From contig CM102283.1 in assembly GCA_046563655.1 (NCBI GenBank), positions 1,426,001-1,490,000 on the forward strand: a stretch of 64,000 nucleotides of DNA. Direction: 5' to 3'. How positions within the stretch are numbered: position 1 is the stretch's first letter; every line of letters starts with the position of its first letter. Under the pieces are notes generated by a model. That model did not search any database. It was not told the DNA's origin and was given only the letters and a program-made list of their open reading frames with translations. The position numbers were made by a program, and so were the translations under genes. Shown piece after piece: positions 49,601 to 64,000 of this stretch. The stretch is from Yuukianura sp. NJ FZ-2021 (Eukaryota).

Positions 49601-52600
49601 AAATCTTTTGGCTAGAGGAATGACTGGAGAATGAATAGGAGAAGACAGCCTTTCACTTAACTTTTTCTTGTCATCAATAAAAATGGTCCATCGACCTCAT
49701 GAGCTTCTGCGCACAGTCACCGAACCATGTTCATCTGCGCATCTTCATCTCCAGCTGAGCAATTTCCACGCTTCGTTCCATCTGTGTAACTTCCTCTTTG
49801 CTTGACTTTGTTCTTTATCTCTCTTGACTTTCACTTTGTCTCACGAAAACGTGTGGAATTAGTTGTGATTAGTGGAAGGATCGAGCAAACAAATTACGAA
49901 ACTACAACTTTCTGGCGGGTAGCTTAAGAGAAAAATTGCGGTAACGCCTCAATCTAACATGAAAGATTATGATAACGTTTCACCTTAACTTGAAAAACTA
50001 AACTAAACTTATTAACCCAGCCTTAAGGAGTTTGGCTACAAGCCTTACCAATTACAACTTGAACTATTATGATAAAGTACTCTACGATGAAAATTTACGG
50101 TAACGCCGTTAAGTTAAAAACGGTTGGACAAATGCAAAACGCTATACCAAAATTCTCAGTTTCTTTAAAATTTCAACTCACGCTCCAAACCACTGTAAGT
50201 TTTTACCAAGGTCAAAAGTCAATTTCCGGCGGTCAATGGAGAAAACTAAAGTGCAATAGAAGATGCACCGAAGTTTAATCCAGTTTTATTGCGTCTGTTT
50301 AAACATTTGTTTGTAAGTTGATGTTCCATTACTCCTCTCCCTTCCTTCCTGGATGGTGAAAATGGAAGCTGGATTGCCCCTGCAAATGTCTTTTCGTTGC
50401 ATTTTACTGTCAGAGAGTTGTGTAAAATATTTCTTTTCTTCCCCCTCCGAATTGCAGTATACAATGCAGTTTAGCAGCTCCAAAGAATTTCCATTACGTT
50501 CACGTTTTCTTCAAAAAATGAAATCTCCCAAAACTAAGTTGCATGTGAAATCGGAATTCAATATTTTCTCCAACATGTCACTAAAAGTTTAGCCTTTTCC
50601 AAAAATTTCAAATCTTGAAAAATTATAAACAATTTTCTAACCGAAACTTTACATCAATCTAGTAAAACTTAAGTTAAAGTTAAACTCCGTGACATTTTTT
50701 TTTTCAAAATTCTGTAACTTCTGATCAAACAGTGAAAAAAAAAGGACTTCGAAACTTACTTTTTCATACTAGGGAGCTTGATTTGAGTAAAGTTTTGTAA
50801 AACAAAAGGAAATTTTAAACAAAATTGTGTGTAAAACAGGCGGGTTTTTTGGTAGTGTTGAAGTTAGAACAAAGGGTAATAACAGTTTGTTTGAATCTGG
50901 TCGTGAGTGTATTGCATATTGTACAATTCCGCTATTTGAATTCCGAAGCTGATCTTGCTTTTTCAAAAAAAAAAAAAAAAAAAACGAAGAATAGGCACTA
51001 ACAGTTATGCAAATAAAAGAACTCTTCCACTTTTCAAGTTCTGTCGTAGACACTCCAGTAGAATTTAGTCTAAGCACATAGTTTTAAAGGCAAAAGGTCA
51101 AAGGTCAAGTCTTAACAACTTAGCATATGCTGGATTTTGGAAGTGGAACATCAATAGTATACTTGATGCAGGTTATTTTTCAACTAAACATCGGTATGGT
51201 AGTGATCAAATTTTGTCAAAGGTCAAAGGTCAAGCTGATTTGAAACACTTTTAAACAAGTTTTTGCGTTTTTCTTGTGACTTTAGGTGTGACTGGAGTAC
51301 ACATCAATGACCTCCGAGTTCCCGCCATAATTCGAAATGGGACAGAGGAGACAGTGACGTTGGACTGTGACTATACACTGGAAGACCACGAGAGGGAGGG
51401 ACTGGTTGTGCAATGGTACTTTAACAACGAAGAGTCACCCGTCTTCCAGTGGATTCCAACACAGAGGCCACAGGATTTGGGGATTCTGCGCGGGAAGCTC
51501 AACCTCAACTACCAAGCGTCATCTGACAGATACAAAATGTACAGGGCACTTCAAATACAGCGCCCTCATACCAATCTTAGCGGAAAGTACTTATGCAAAG
51601 TGTCAACCATTAGCAACGACGCCTACAAATCTGGAACCATGCTCATCTACTGTAAGTTCACAACAATTCTTTCAATTTTTCAAAAAAAAAAAAAAATAAT
51701 AATAATTCTTTAAAAGTATGTACGTCTCGAGTTTTAAAAAAGTTACGCGATTTGTTAATTTTGGTGAGTTTTGCTCAACCGCAATCGCAGCATAAGCAAA
51801 ATACTCGGCAAAATTTTCTACTTGGGAGAGCAAAATTTTAAATTTTTGGTTCAATCCAAAAACTTGGCAAAATGTTCAACTTGGTAGAGCAAAATTTACA
51901 ATTTCTGGTTCAATCAGTATATAGTTACTCCCCCCCAGTTGGAAAACGATGCCAAACCACGCTATGGTATAGTTACTCCCTCCGGTTAGCAGAACTTTTT
52001 TTCTTACTTTTGAAATCTCCCGCTGAAGAGGCTTATGCTGAAATTGTGATCCTTATGAACTTTGAGCCTGGAGCTGAGACTTGAGTTTTTGGAATAAGGT
52101 TTTGTGTGGATCAGCATAATCTTCAAAATCACTTAAGTGGTTTGACTCCAGTCATCCAGGAAGCGCCAGATACCTGACAAAGGACTTGAGGACTCAATTT
52201 AAACTTAAGTTTAGAAGGAAATTGGGACCATCAAAGGACATATGATCTTGCAAAATTGAGTTTGTGCACCACTTCACTTATGACAATCTAGAAAGCCGTA
52301 TCATTTTGTTAGCATGCGGTACGGTTGTGGCTGCACAAAACTCTTCAAATCAGTTCGCACATTTGTCAAATTAGGTTAGGCAAAAAAAAAATTAGAGTGT
52401 TTTGAAGTTTTTAGTTATGCATTTTGAAAAATCTTAGTTTTCATCTTTGTAAATCTTTGTAAGTGGAATTTTTGAAATGTGCACTGGAAATTCTATAGTT
52501 TTTTCTTATCGAAATTTACTTTTCAGAATTTTGTTTTCGCTAAAAATTTGCGAGGGGGAAATGACTTCCCGTTAAAATTTTTTTTTAGCAGAAGCACGAA

Positions 52601-55600
52601 CAACTTTTGGTCTATCAACGTTTTGTAGTTTGTACTTTGAAAATGTTAGTTTTGGTCTAAAAATTTATAGTTTAGGCGCCAGATTTCCAACTTCCGTTTT
52701 AGTTTTCTCGCAGTTTTAACCTTTCTGCCGCTGTAAGTTGTAACCACAAAGAGTAACTGAAACCAAAATCCATAGAAAGGCACGTAGAAACAGCAAGAAA
52801 GTTTTCCATGGTAGTAAATTGAAACCGGAACTTTAGTTTTTCCTTTGGGAGGTTACAAACAATACCGTCCTTTAGTCATAAAGGACAGTATACACACACA
52901 ACTTACAGAAAGAGAAAGAGAAGAAAAAAACAATAGACTTTGTTCCGTCATAATTCTTTCTTAACTTCTCCAAAGAACAAGTAAAAGAAAAAAGTAAAAG
53001 TTGGAAATCTATCAGAAAGAAGAAAGGAAGTGGCAGTGGTAAGAACAACTTTCACTTTTGTTCTCCAGTCCATGAAATCTCCAGGACCAGATATCCTCTG
53101 AATTATTAGCGACCATGAGAGCCAGCTTTCACTTTCCCAACACTTTCACTCCCTCTTTTCTCTACTTGCATCTTTAAGGAAGATGGAAAAAGCAATAATA
53201 ATTGACAAAAGTTCACTTTCCGAGAGAAAAGGGTTAAATGAAAAGCGAAGAGAAAGTCCGTTTTGAGTAAAAGAAAGTCCTTTGAGCGGGAAAAACGCTT
53301 CTACGAGTGGAGAAAACGATGTTTGAGAAAGTCCATGCTGAGCAAAGAAAGTCTTTTTGAACGAAGAAAGTCGGTTTAGAGCAAAGAACATCTTTAAGCG
53401 GGAAAAACGGGTTCGGAGGGAAAGGAAACGCTTTCTGAGCGGAGATAGTTCGTTTGGAGCTGGAAAATGAGAGTTAAAGCCCTTTGTCTTGACTTTATAA
53501 AGAAAATTAAATGAGACAGAAATAATATTCTTACTTTAAGTCTCAAAATTTCAAAAAAAAAAAAAACATTTTAATTTTTCTTTTTGTAGAATATTTCAAT
53601 TTCGTCCCTTCGATTGCTGGGAGAATTTTGAAAATTTTTTCTTTTAATTTTTTCTCTCATTTTCCTAGTTTTTGCTGTGAAGTAGCGTGTCACATTAAGT
53701 TTAATTTTCGTGAAGCAGTAAAAATTTAATTGCTGGGTATGTTTTGGGGTCAGGTTTAATGAATTTTGGAAATATTTTTCGGTAGGGTTAAACTGCTTAG
53801 GTTTTGGGTGAACGCGGGAGCCATAAAACACTTTCACCTTGGCTTTCACTCGGCTCGTTAAAGTGGAAACAAGGACTTTAGTTTCGTTTGGTAATGTTGA
53901 AGAAAATGAAATGAATTTTATAGCGTCAAATAAAATGGAGAATTTTGGAAATGCGAGAGAAAAGTGAAACAAGTTTAGCGTGTATTTCGAATTTCGTGTT
54001 TCATGGTGTGTGTTAAATTTTCAAAATTTTGTTGCCCATAAACAAAAACTAAGTCTGCACTTTGTTTGACAAAAACTTGTAGGCGCAAAGGCTTGAATAT
54101 TACGAAATGAAAAAATTGCCTCAATATGCGCCAAAACGACAAAAACCGGTTTAAAAATGTAAATACTTTTTCTTTTCTAGAATTTGCAATTTTTTGCACA
54201 GAGTGAAGAGGATTAGTGTTAGAGTAAATTCGAATTTATGGGTGTTTCTGGACAAAGCTTGTAAGGGACAAGAAGGAGCAAGACATGTTTGGAACCTCTG
54301 CGCATAAATCACTTTTTGTGCTTCTGCGCATAAATCACTTTTTTGTGTTCAAATGAATTACATAAGGGATGAAGTGGTAGTAGAAGACATTAGAAGAGAG
54401 CTTGAGCTTTGGCGTCGTTGAATAAAGCAGAAGCAGTTGGAATGCTCCATTTCTTAGCATTTCCAGGAAACAGTTTCAATTCGAAGGCTTAACTTCCACA
54501 AGCACTTTCTCTCGCTGGACGCAGACTTTTGGCTTCGGTTCACTTCTTTTGAAATTTTTTGAAATTTTATGGCCTCTTTCTTTCCAAAAGAAATAAAACT
54601 AATCCTAGAAAATTAAAAAAATACGAAGTTGCATTTTCTCATTTTAGAAAAAAAGAGAGCGACGCTTAAGTCAGACGCCCTCCAAATACTTGACCTTTGC
54701 CATAAAAAATTGTTGATTTAGCATTATTCATACAAAAAAAAAACTTTTATTCAACTCAAATTTGTTTTATGAAATCTTTTGTGCAGAATTTCGGAATGAC
54801 ATTGCTAACGGAAAGTTGTCACGTGAAATGTTTAAGCATCTGGGGAAGAAATTTTTCACTAAATTTTTCACGAAGAAATTTTTTTGGCGATTTTTTTTTC
54901 TCTAGAAATGATTTCCTCCAAATGGCATGTTTTTCAACGAAACTTTTTGTTTGATTTTTTTTTCAAATATTGCCTTCTGTGAAATTTTTTTAGATAAAAT
55001 TTGCTCTCCGTGAAAATTTTCTAGACAAAATTCGAGTCGACGGAGTAATTTTTGTATTTTCTGGAAAAGTGTGGAATCAGAGCTTAAAAACTTTGTTCTG
55101 GCCTTGAGTAATTTCAAAACTAATTTAAGATTTGAACTTGATGAAGAGGGAGGGCAACGCGGGAAAGTTTAATGAAACAATTCAAGAATTATTTTCATCT
55201 CGGAGGAGGAGGGGGAGAAACTGTAGGTTCCGGAGCCTGCAGAAAGCGTGGCCAGAGTCCTCCGTACTTATTTATTGATGATGATGAAAATGCTTGAGAA
55301 CCTAGCCTAACATAGCCTAACTTAACGTGGCAAGGGCACAGAATGTTGAAGGGAGAGACTTAATGAAGAAACAGTTTCCTTCGCACACCATCACAGTCCC
55401 ATTGTTCCTCAAGGAACAGGAAACGCAACAGATGCCAACAACCACTCAGCACTTACACGCCCAGGACCCACTCAAAAAACTATTCCCACAACACGGAATC
55501 CTCAAATTCCAAATTTCCCTTCAAGCTTTCATCAAGAGTTTTCAAAGATAAACAAAAACTTGCTAAGAAAAAAAATTTCCAGAGAAATTCCTTTCCAGGA

Positions 55601-58600
55601 AATTTCTCTTTACAAAATTCGAAGAAATTTCTCTCGCCGCAATACGTACTCTGCTGTGTATTTTAAAAATTCAAAATCTTAAACCTTACTATGCAAACTT
55701 TTTTAAGTTTCAATATTTCTTTAAAAAAATATTTTTTGTTTTCAAAAAACTGAAAACTATAAAGCTTACATAGGTTGGTTAGCCCATAATGTCCACACAG
55801 TATGTTGTTGGACTGTAACTAAAAGTTTCTTGAGAGAAAAAACAAAGTAACAATAGAAAAGTAGATTTTTTGAAAAAAAAGAAGAATATATCGATATAGC
55901 AAAAACGAAATTACTAAAGTAGAATGTGATCACTCTGAAATTTTTGAAATCCTGGAAAGTCTTTGAGAAATATGAAAGCTGAAAAGCTAAAAGAGACCCA
56001 TTAGACTACATTTTCAAAATTCTAGTTGATTTTGGAAAAACCTTTCGAAGTGAGTTGAGTGTTTGATTTTGAAAAGTGAAGACTTTTATGCATAAGCCTT
56101 CATATAATTTTAATGGAGTTGGAGTAAAAAGTGAAAGTTTTGAAAAGCGGCAGGAGAGGAGTTGAATGACTCCTTTGGTTTTTAGAAAGCCTTTAAGCCC
56201 CTCTCTCTCAATATTTTAAGTCCATTGCAAATAAAAGGCACAGGGGAAAAAGAGATATACTTTCTGCAAAAACCAACGTGTACTCAAGGCTTTAGTTTTC
56301 ACCGAATTCCAAGGTAAAGTAAGACTTCGACTTTCTCAAAGCCAAATTCCTTCTGAAATGCTTTCTGCAAAATTCCTTGGGAATTCTACAGAAAATCAAC
56401 GAAAAAAAAAGTTTTTCAGGAAAATACTATGGAGGGCTAACGATTCCACAAAACTTTTTTTTTTCAAAAGGAATTGTCAAAATCTTTTCTTGGAATTCTT
56501 CAAATGGACATAAAAACTACTTTGAAGTTTTGTAATTTGACGTAGAATGTGACATGTGATAGACGTAGTTTTCGCTCCTGAGTTTTACCAGCAATTAGGA
56601 AATGTAAACAGAGTAGAATCAGAGTGTTGCTTAATTGATAATTTCTAATTAATTAGTTTCCTTTGAAGCCATGCCAGAGCACACAGTGTCATTGTCTCCA
56701 AAACTTGCTGGAAGGGTGACATGTGCGTAGTGAGCGTCAAGAGATGTCCAATCCAATAACGTAAAATGTTACGTGTCCATTTAAGGGGATTTCAATTAGA
56801 GCTTTTCCACTTCAGTCACTTACGCCCCTCCATGTTTGTTTTACGCTCCGCAGATCATGCTGGGTTATACGCTCGTCTAATCATGTACAAATTTCTTCTT
56901 TACGCGAATTTCGGTTTAGTTATATTAGTATACTTCTCCACTTCTGAAGTCAGGAATCAGCTGTCAAATAAGGTCAAAGGTCAACAATTTCAAAATTCCC
57001 AGCAACAACTACGTCACAAATTACTAAACGTAAGAATGGGAGAGATCAAGCGTACTTTTTGCAAAAAAAAACATCTTAAAAAAACTGGAGTCTTCTTCTT
57101 ATTCCTTAGTTTTTCTGAGATTTAAAAAAAAATTTTTTTTTTGAAAATGGAAGAGTTGAAAAGGTGAATGACCTTTTACTTTACTTTCTCCTGTGGTTTT
57201 TCTTGAGAAAGTAGTTAGGTGGAGCATAGCCTGAGGGAAGGTGGGACTGAGATAACTAAATAATTAGTTGAATGAGATATGAACTTTTGGCGGGAGTGGG
57301 TTGGTGATTCTATTCAAATTTGTTTAATGGACACGCAGAAGGATTAATGGGAGACGCATCTTTCTCTTCTGTGAGCACGGCAGAAAGAGGCTTAACATTT
57401 GAAACCAAAAGTTTCAAAAGTTACCGCACTTTCACTATTGAGTTCAAACAAAATTCAAAAGTTCCGCTTTCACTGCGAATGGAATTTAAACTTCAAAGTT
57501 TCAAATTCGACAAATTAAAATTTCTCGAAACTGGAAATCATGATTCACAAAATTACTTACTCTCACACATTTCACAAAATTTGACTCCTTTTGTTTATGA
57601 AAGAATGAATTTTTTGACTTGGTCAAAAAATTAAATATCAAACTATTTTGCCTCTGATGTCCTAAAAAAAAGCAGGCGGACTAATTAATTAAAAGTAGGA
57701 AGCTTTGAAGGTTTCTCTGCAGATTAGGTTGAGTTATGCTAAAATAAGTTTGTTCATATTAGGTTAGTTAGGGTAAGCTAACGTAGTCTAAGTAATTAGA
57801 GTTGTTCTGATTGGTTTCTGTTTTTGTGTGTAGCTCCACAGAAGGACATGGGGATTAAGGTGTCTGCGACTGCTGTTCCGGGCTTTGTGAACGTGTCATG
57901 CTGGGCCTCCGGCGTCTACCCAGAACCCAGACTAGCCATCTACTTTGGAGAAAGTGCTGACGAGAGGTAAAAATACTAAAAATAGATTCAATAGTCGGTA
58001 CATTCCTAATTAATTAAGATCTGTTAATTAATTCAAATTTATTAATTAGTTAATTCCGCCTAGTTTCATTAACATCTCCTCACTTTTTGCCCGTTCATCT
58101 CAAAACTTTCACAGCCAAAAGCCAAGTTACACTACTTTTTCCAAATTGGGCACTTCCTCTATTTCTTTTCATATTTGCCAAAATGAGTTTTAAAAAAATG
58201 CTGCTGAAGATAAAGTAAGTGGAAGTTTGTTTTTGAAAGCATTTCAGAAATTTTCATTCTTTTTCAAAATTTCGAAAAATGAGTTGTTGACAATTCATTC
58301 CTGTCATTTTCGCTTTGAGATTAACAACCGGGTTTACCCAAATTAGTCTACTTGACTGCACACCCATGTGTCACCTCAACCACGCCCAGAGCTCACGCGC
58401 AATTTTCAAAATTGAGCCAATTTTGAAAAAAAAACGGTTATGTCAACAAAAAATAGCCTACGTTTGAAAACCAGGCAGAAAATTAGCCCTATAATTTTTA
58501 GTCTATAATTTTCGGCAGAATTATGACGTCAGCAACAAAGTATTCAAAGAAATTTCAAAAAGTGTGGTCATTTTTGGTCAAATTTTTCTGTCTCTTTTTT

Positions 58601-60993
58601 CAGAAAATATTTTTTGATTATTTGTCTCCCCTCTGGTGAAAGCATACTTTCTCCCTGCTTCCCTTTTGTTGACAATGGGATCTAATATTTCCATTGGCTG
58701 TCACCACTGTCATCTCCACTGTTTCACAGAAATACAATAGAAAAAGAGCAATTTCCTGCACTTTCAGTTCCATTTTCCAAAAGAACAAAAATTTCGAAAA
58801 ACTTTTTGGATTTCTTCGCCCGTTTCCCCAAAGGGAGAGAACTGTTTCACTGGAGGGAAATAAATGTCAAAGTGGCCGTCAATCATGTTCTTGTCTCTTG
58901 AGATATCCGGGACGAGTGGAGGGAGTAACTATCACAAAGTCAAAAAATCTTGAACGCAGCAGACGAGCGGAGGGAGAAACTATTCAGAAGTTAAGAAAAA
59001 ATCTTGAACATGACAAAAGTCCAAGTTCGCTTGACTAGAAACTCTCCCTTTCTGACTTTCACTTTATCACAGAAATCAGCCACGGTTGTCCAGAAAAGTA
59101 AGATGTCCGTTGGACTGGTATAGTTTGTCACTTCAAAAAAATCGAGAGGGAGATGTCTCTTGAGACATAACCTAACGCAAGCTAACATGGAGAGGTCACA
59201 CTATCGTGCGTAAAGTGACCTCGTAGTTGAATTAGGGGAAGAGGGAAGTGGTGAGTGATAGCTTTCCCCGCGGTCACGCGGGAGTTCGGACCTTAATTCA
59301 ATTTTGGTTAATGTTGAAAAACTTTTCAAAAAAGCGCCAAAGTTTGGTCGGAGTTAAGCAATGAAAACGAAAAAAACACAATGATTTTCTTTTGCGTAGA
59401 CTCAACACTGAACCACACTGAAAGTGTAAACATTTTTATTTCGAAATTTTTGTCCTTTAGAAGTTGCCAATTTTTGTGAAAGTTGCAACTTTACAAGTTT
59501 GCTGTTCCTTGGCCGTGATTAGCTTAACTTTTTAAAACAGAGAAAATACTAAGAGAAAGTTTTGCATTTTTAGGAGTTTTTTGTTCCAAAAAAGTCCACT
59601 GCAGAACGGCGGGATGATTTAAAACTTTTTTTGAGCAAGAGTGGCTTGGCTGCCGTCGCTGTACCAAAGGAAAGTCCATTACGAAAATTAGAGACAGAGA
59701 TGGAAAGATAAAGCAGAAAAAAGGCATAGGCGGGCTCGGAGTTAGGCATCGCCTAATTTTCTTGTCACAAAAGAAGAAAAATTAGAGTTGGGCATTTATG
59801 CGGGTTTTTTGAAAATAGAAGAGTGTCACTGTCATTCCAAAATTTAGTCATAGTGTTCACGACGCGGGAAAGTTTGGAAAACTTTGCTGAGGGCAACTCT
59901 TAACTTTTGTGTCTCCTTCAAAGTCAGCCTTTTAATTTCAATAAAACGAAACCAATTTGGATCTCATTTGTCATGGGAGAGGTCAAAGGTCACGCAACCA
60001 GCAGAAAACGACTTTAGATTAAACACACAAAAAAGTGTCACACAGAATCAAAGTTTTTTACTTGTTCAAAAGATGTTAAGAAACGGTCGTGAGTTGTTGC
60101 AAAGGTTTTTGGAAAGTGAAAGTCTCACAGATTGGATTTCAAAATTTTTCATTATTTTGTTAATTCCAGTTAAGCCCTCTTAGCCTAACCTAACCTCTTA
60201 GCTACTCCCTTAATCCTTGTGAGCTTTAAACTTAATTACTCTCACTTGTGGGTGCACGTACTTCGTTAACCTAACACTATCTAACCTAACACTGCCTAAC
60301 CTAACTTTAGCCTAAACTGAGAAAAAAGTGGAAAGCCAGAGAAATCAGGTTAATTAAATTTTGGACAGCCTCCTCAATGGCACAGCTTTCACAACATTTT
60401 GCCAAAAGATTTTTTTGACGATGAGCTCGTTTTAGTTTTTGTCATTTTACCTGAAAATCGTTAGATAGTTTTTTTTATTTTGCAGGGTTGAGGATTTGAA
60501 CGTGGAGACGCGATTTGTGAATGGTGCCTATGAAATACGAGCCTACCGAATTATGGAGGAAACCAACTTTTCCTCTGTCACTTCCTTTTTTGAATGTGAG
60601 CTTACAATTCCTAACACGGACTATGTCGTACGCAAAGGAACTCTATATGAAACTGGTAAGTATTTTATTTTGCCAAAAAATTTCGAAACCAAAAAAAAAT
60701 TTTTTTTTGGATTTTCAAATTTTGCAAAACTTGGTTCTGTTTAGGTTCGTTGGAACTGAGAGATGGGAGCATGAGTAAGCAGAATTATTTTAACTTTTCT
60801 AGAAACTTTTAATTTTTGATTTGAAATTTTAGTTCATTTGAAAATTTTGAACAAAGGTGGGAGCTCGCGGGTTTTCAATTTGAACTTTCGCGGTGATGTT
60901 CAATTCCTCATTGTTCTGCTGCCTTCGGTTGTGCTTCTGTTCAGCTCCAGTGGGACGAGAGCCACGAGAGGGTTGCTACCCGGGTTTCGGTGA
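34601..60993 (+). CDS. Beat-like two-immunoglobulin-domain cell-surface protein, ~300 aa, with a hydrophobic (GPI/TM-like) C-terminus
   Basis: Exons 34601-34667 (MMNRVITRLEVVVLVLFFVTLA, signal, G|GTAAGT; linkage inferred), 51286-51651 (Ig-V: LDCDY, VVQWYF, FQWIP, SGKYLCKVST), 57834-57966 (NVSCWASGVYPEP), 60486-60655 (FECELTIPNTDY), 60745-60774 (30-nt microexon) and 60857-60993 (FLIVLLPSVVLLF...*). All phases are compatible. Confidence 0.8.
53220..53470. repeat. Degenerate ~20-21 bp minisatellite (GAGCxxAGAAAGTC-like) in an intron of the Beat-like gene
   Basis: Recurrent gag..agaaagtc / gagcgggaaaaacg units. Confidence 0.5.
60180..60316. repeat. Degenerate CCTAA (TTAGG) telomere-like motif cluster
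   Basis: Several cctaac/cctaa copies. Similar short clusters occur near 690-712, 38910-38940, 45658-45692 and 55300-55325. Confidence 0.4.
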
Positions 60994-63900
60994 TTTCGGA
61001 CTGGACCAAAATTTACCTACAAATGCAATTTATTTCTAAGTCTCAGAATTATGGAGAAGAGGTGAGTAATTGATGCGTCTTTTGACATTTTTTTTTAAAT
61101 TTGAAACTGTTTTTGAAAGTTTTTAAAAAATTAAGATTTTTTTGAACGTTTCAGAAACTGCGCCAACCTGCTGCTGGAGAAGTCTATAGTTGGTTTACAC
61201 TTAGAGTTGCAAAAAGCTCAAAATCGCATATTTGTATTAACTTATTCCTTTAACTTTACTTTAACCTTAATTGCTTTAGGTTTTAAATAAGTAAAACTTA
61301 ACCAAAATTAAACTGTCTTAACTTTCAAAATAGTCGAGCAAAATGTTATTTAAAATATTTGTATTTAATTTCAAATTTTGTCAATTCACAGATTGAGGAA
61401 ATTTTTATTGTGAATTTGCCCTGGAAAAAAATTTGATACTCAAAAATGGGCAAGAGTTTTTCACTTTGTTTAACTTTTTCCGAACATTTGTTTTGTATTT
61501 CAAGAGTTTTTCCACATTTAGTTTTTGAAAGTTTTTTGCCACTTTTTTTTTTGAAAATGACTTTTTACTTATAAATTTTTGAAATTCCAGTGTGTGTGAA
61601 AAGTAGGCTTAAGCTTAACAAAAACATGAAGGTGTGTAATACTCAGACTGTAGAAGTGAAAGTCATGAAAAATGCAAGAATTGTTTTCTCTTTATTCGAC
61701 TTTTCCATTTCGACTGCCATTCCATTGTACTCATAAAAATTTGATTCGTGAACGAGAGAATGTCGTTTGGAGGAAAAACCACGGAGGTCATGCGGTCATG
61801 TCAGGTCAGCAACACTTTTTAGTTTTTTATGGACGAATTTGATTGGTTGAAACAAAATGGTCCGATTCCGTATTGCACCAAATTTAAATTCTAACTCTAC
61901 CAGAACACAAAGTCATGCGCAGAATCAGAAAACATGACCGTAGTGGCAATGTCAAACGAGAAATAGGCGCATTTATGTTCTCGCTACCCGAATTCGGGTA
62001 ACAGAACTTCAGAATCCTTGAGAATGCAATTATGAAAGATTTATAGCTTTCGGGTCGGTTGCCGGGAAATCGAATGTCACTGTCCAGGATGAAAATGTTA
62101 CTGAAGCTCTACCATTGGTTCATACTGTCCGTAACATCGATTTAAACATATATTTTACTTAAACTCGATTAACACCACATATAAATCATTTAAAAAGTGC
62201 TCTGGTATAAATTTATTCACTCTTGGAAAACTGAAGTCACAACCTTTTGAATGCAGAGAAAACGTCAAATCTTGTTGAATAATTTTATAATTTGGAATTT
62301 TCTTGATTTGTAAGAATGAGCAAGAAAAAACTACTTCTTGTTCAATTTATTTTTGTCTGTTTTCTGAGAATTCTAAAATTCTGAAGGTTTTCACAAAATA
62401 AATTTCGCACCTTTTGAATTTTGCAAAAATTTGCAACGTGATTTGCACCCCGAATGAGCCGATATTTGATTGAGAAAAGGCGCCAGAGTGTGAAGTTAAA
62501 AGAAGCTTCGATGGGCGAACTGCTCTTCTTCCTTCCTGCTCCACCGTGATCAGAATTCTTCTTACCGTACGTGTACGATATCGCGTACGTGATAGCACGT
62601 ACACGTAACTTTCTTACTTTCTCTATCCTGAGCTTCATATTTGACGTTTCCCGCCAAAAGAAGAAGTTGCTAAGCGAAACTGTTCTGCTCAACTGTTTCA
62701 CGTTTCTTCCAGAAATCCTGGAAAAACGGAAGGCGGAAGTTTAGTTCTTTTCAAGAAACCAATTGTTACACGCTTCGCTTATTCGCACTACCACCGGACG
62801 CTTCCTTACGCTTCCGTTTCCTTTAACCCACTTTTCGAAAGACGAAGAACTTTTTGAAAAAGTATTTCAACAACTTACCATTTTTGAAACAAGTTTGCAA
62901 CTAAAAATTTTAGGTTTATAGCTTGAGGAAAACGGGTAATTGGCTTCTTGTTTGTGATATCTAAAAGAACGAAGTCTTTTATTTAATTTTATCATTTTTC
63001 AAAAAAAAAAGACTCAGATTTTTGAAATAAAAAAGTTCATATTTAATAAGCAAGAACGGGGGATGCCGTTTCATAAAAGTTTCACAATGTCATAATTATT
63101 TTGCATGTAGTTCTTGTACATCTAGAAACAAAAATGCTAGGTTTAGTCGTTTTTTAACAAACTCATTAGTTTCAAATCAGGAATTTAAAAAAGTCTTTGT
63201 TTTTAACGCAAGTGTAGAATTAAGAAAGCGGAAATTGTTTGTCCTGAGAAACTGAAAACCCAGAATTATCCACTTTTGGGTTCCAGAGTGTCACCACCCA
63301 CTAAAGTAGAAACCTCTCAGCAATTGAACATGTCATGAACCAAAGGTCACGATAGGTCACGCACTCTGCAAATCTTTTTTTGAAATGCTAAGCATGAAAC
63401 TTATTTTCCTCACAATTCCGTTGGCCGTTCAAACTAATTAAAACGTCAGTTTTTCGACATTCTTCAGCTCAACAACTCGATAATGTCCCGTTTTTAATCT
63501 TTTGCACGCAAAAAACGCGTTAAGATTTTCATGAGTTGTGAATTTCCAAAACGAAAACATTTCACGCTTTTCCGAACTCAAATCAAAACGTTAGCACAAT
63601 TCAGCCAAACTTCTAAAAAAACGTCAGAGAAATTTTTGAGTAAACCTGAATAAGAAAAAAAATTCGGAAAAAAAAGCTCTATTGTTTGATTTGAGTTGAG
63701 CCGATTTTGTTTTATACTGTAAAAATCATTTTAGCTTGTTAGAAGTTTGCATGCAATTTGGAAGGATTTTCGCAATTTTGAAAAAAAAAATTGAAAACAA
63801 ACACACTTTTCCAAAAACGTGCAAAAAGAGTGCAAAAGAGTAAAGGTAAGAAGGATTTTGAAAAATGTAGGATCACAGGTGATCGCTATTAGGATAAGCT

Positions 63901-64000
63901 TGAATCCTGAATACATAAGGATATTGGAGTCCCAAAGTTCTTGGAAAATGGAAAAAGTTGAAAATCAAATTTACTCGCGTTTGCACGTTTCGTTGACCAA

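Noticed and set aside
34785-51077. Numerous 60-180 aa F/K/L-rich ORFs
   Set aside because: Composition reflects poly-A/T intronic DNA and shows no domain signal.
60180-60316. True telomere or telomeric array
   Set aside because: Short, degenerate and intronic; not a tandem (TTAGG)n tract.

Overview
AT-rich eukaryotic genomic DNA with short GT-AG introns, from an arthropod. The gene content (ZAD zinc fingers, Dpr/DIP- and Beat-like Ig genes) and scattered TTAGG-like motifs suggest a hexapod, possibly a springtail; that is inference. I reconstructed these genes by hand from splice sites and reading phase: a partial Dpr/DIP-like Ig gene (-), a 411-aa secreted orphan (+), an 11-exon ALDH16-like pseudoenzyme (-), two tandem ZAD/Myb-SANT/C2H2 genes (-), and a Beat-like two-Ig cell-surface gene (+) with a 16.6-kb first intron. 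The window also has pseudogene fragments and several small transposons: a TRIM-like mini LTR element, a Transib-like MITE with CACAGTG ends, and Tc1/mariner derivatives. The outstanding feature is an intronless 808-aa ORF at 13865-16291 derived from the pentafunctional AROM shikimate-pathway protein. It consists of a decayed DHQ-synthase remnant, an apparently intact EPSP synthase and a shikimate kinase, and lacks the DHQase and shikimate dehydrogenase domains. It sits among animal genes although animals are considered to lack the shikimate pathway, so it is a strong horizontal-transfer candidate. No database searches were run; family assignments come from remembered motifs.
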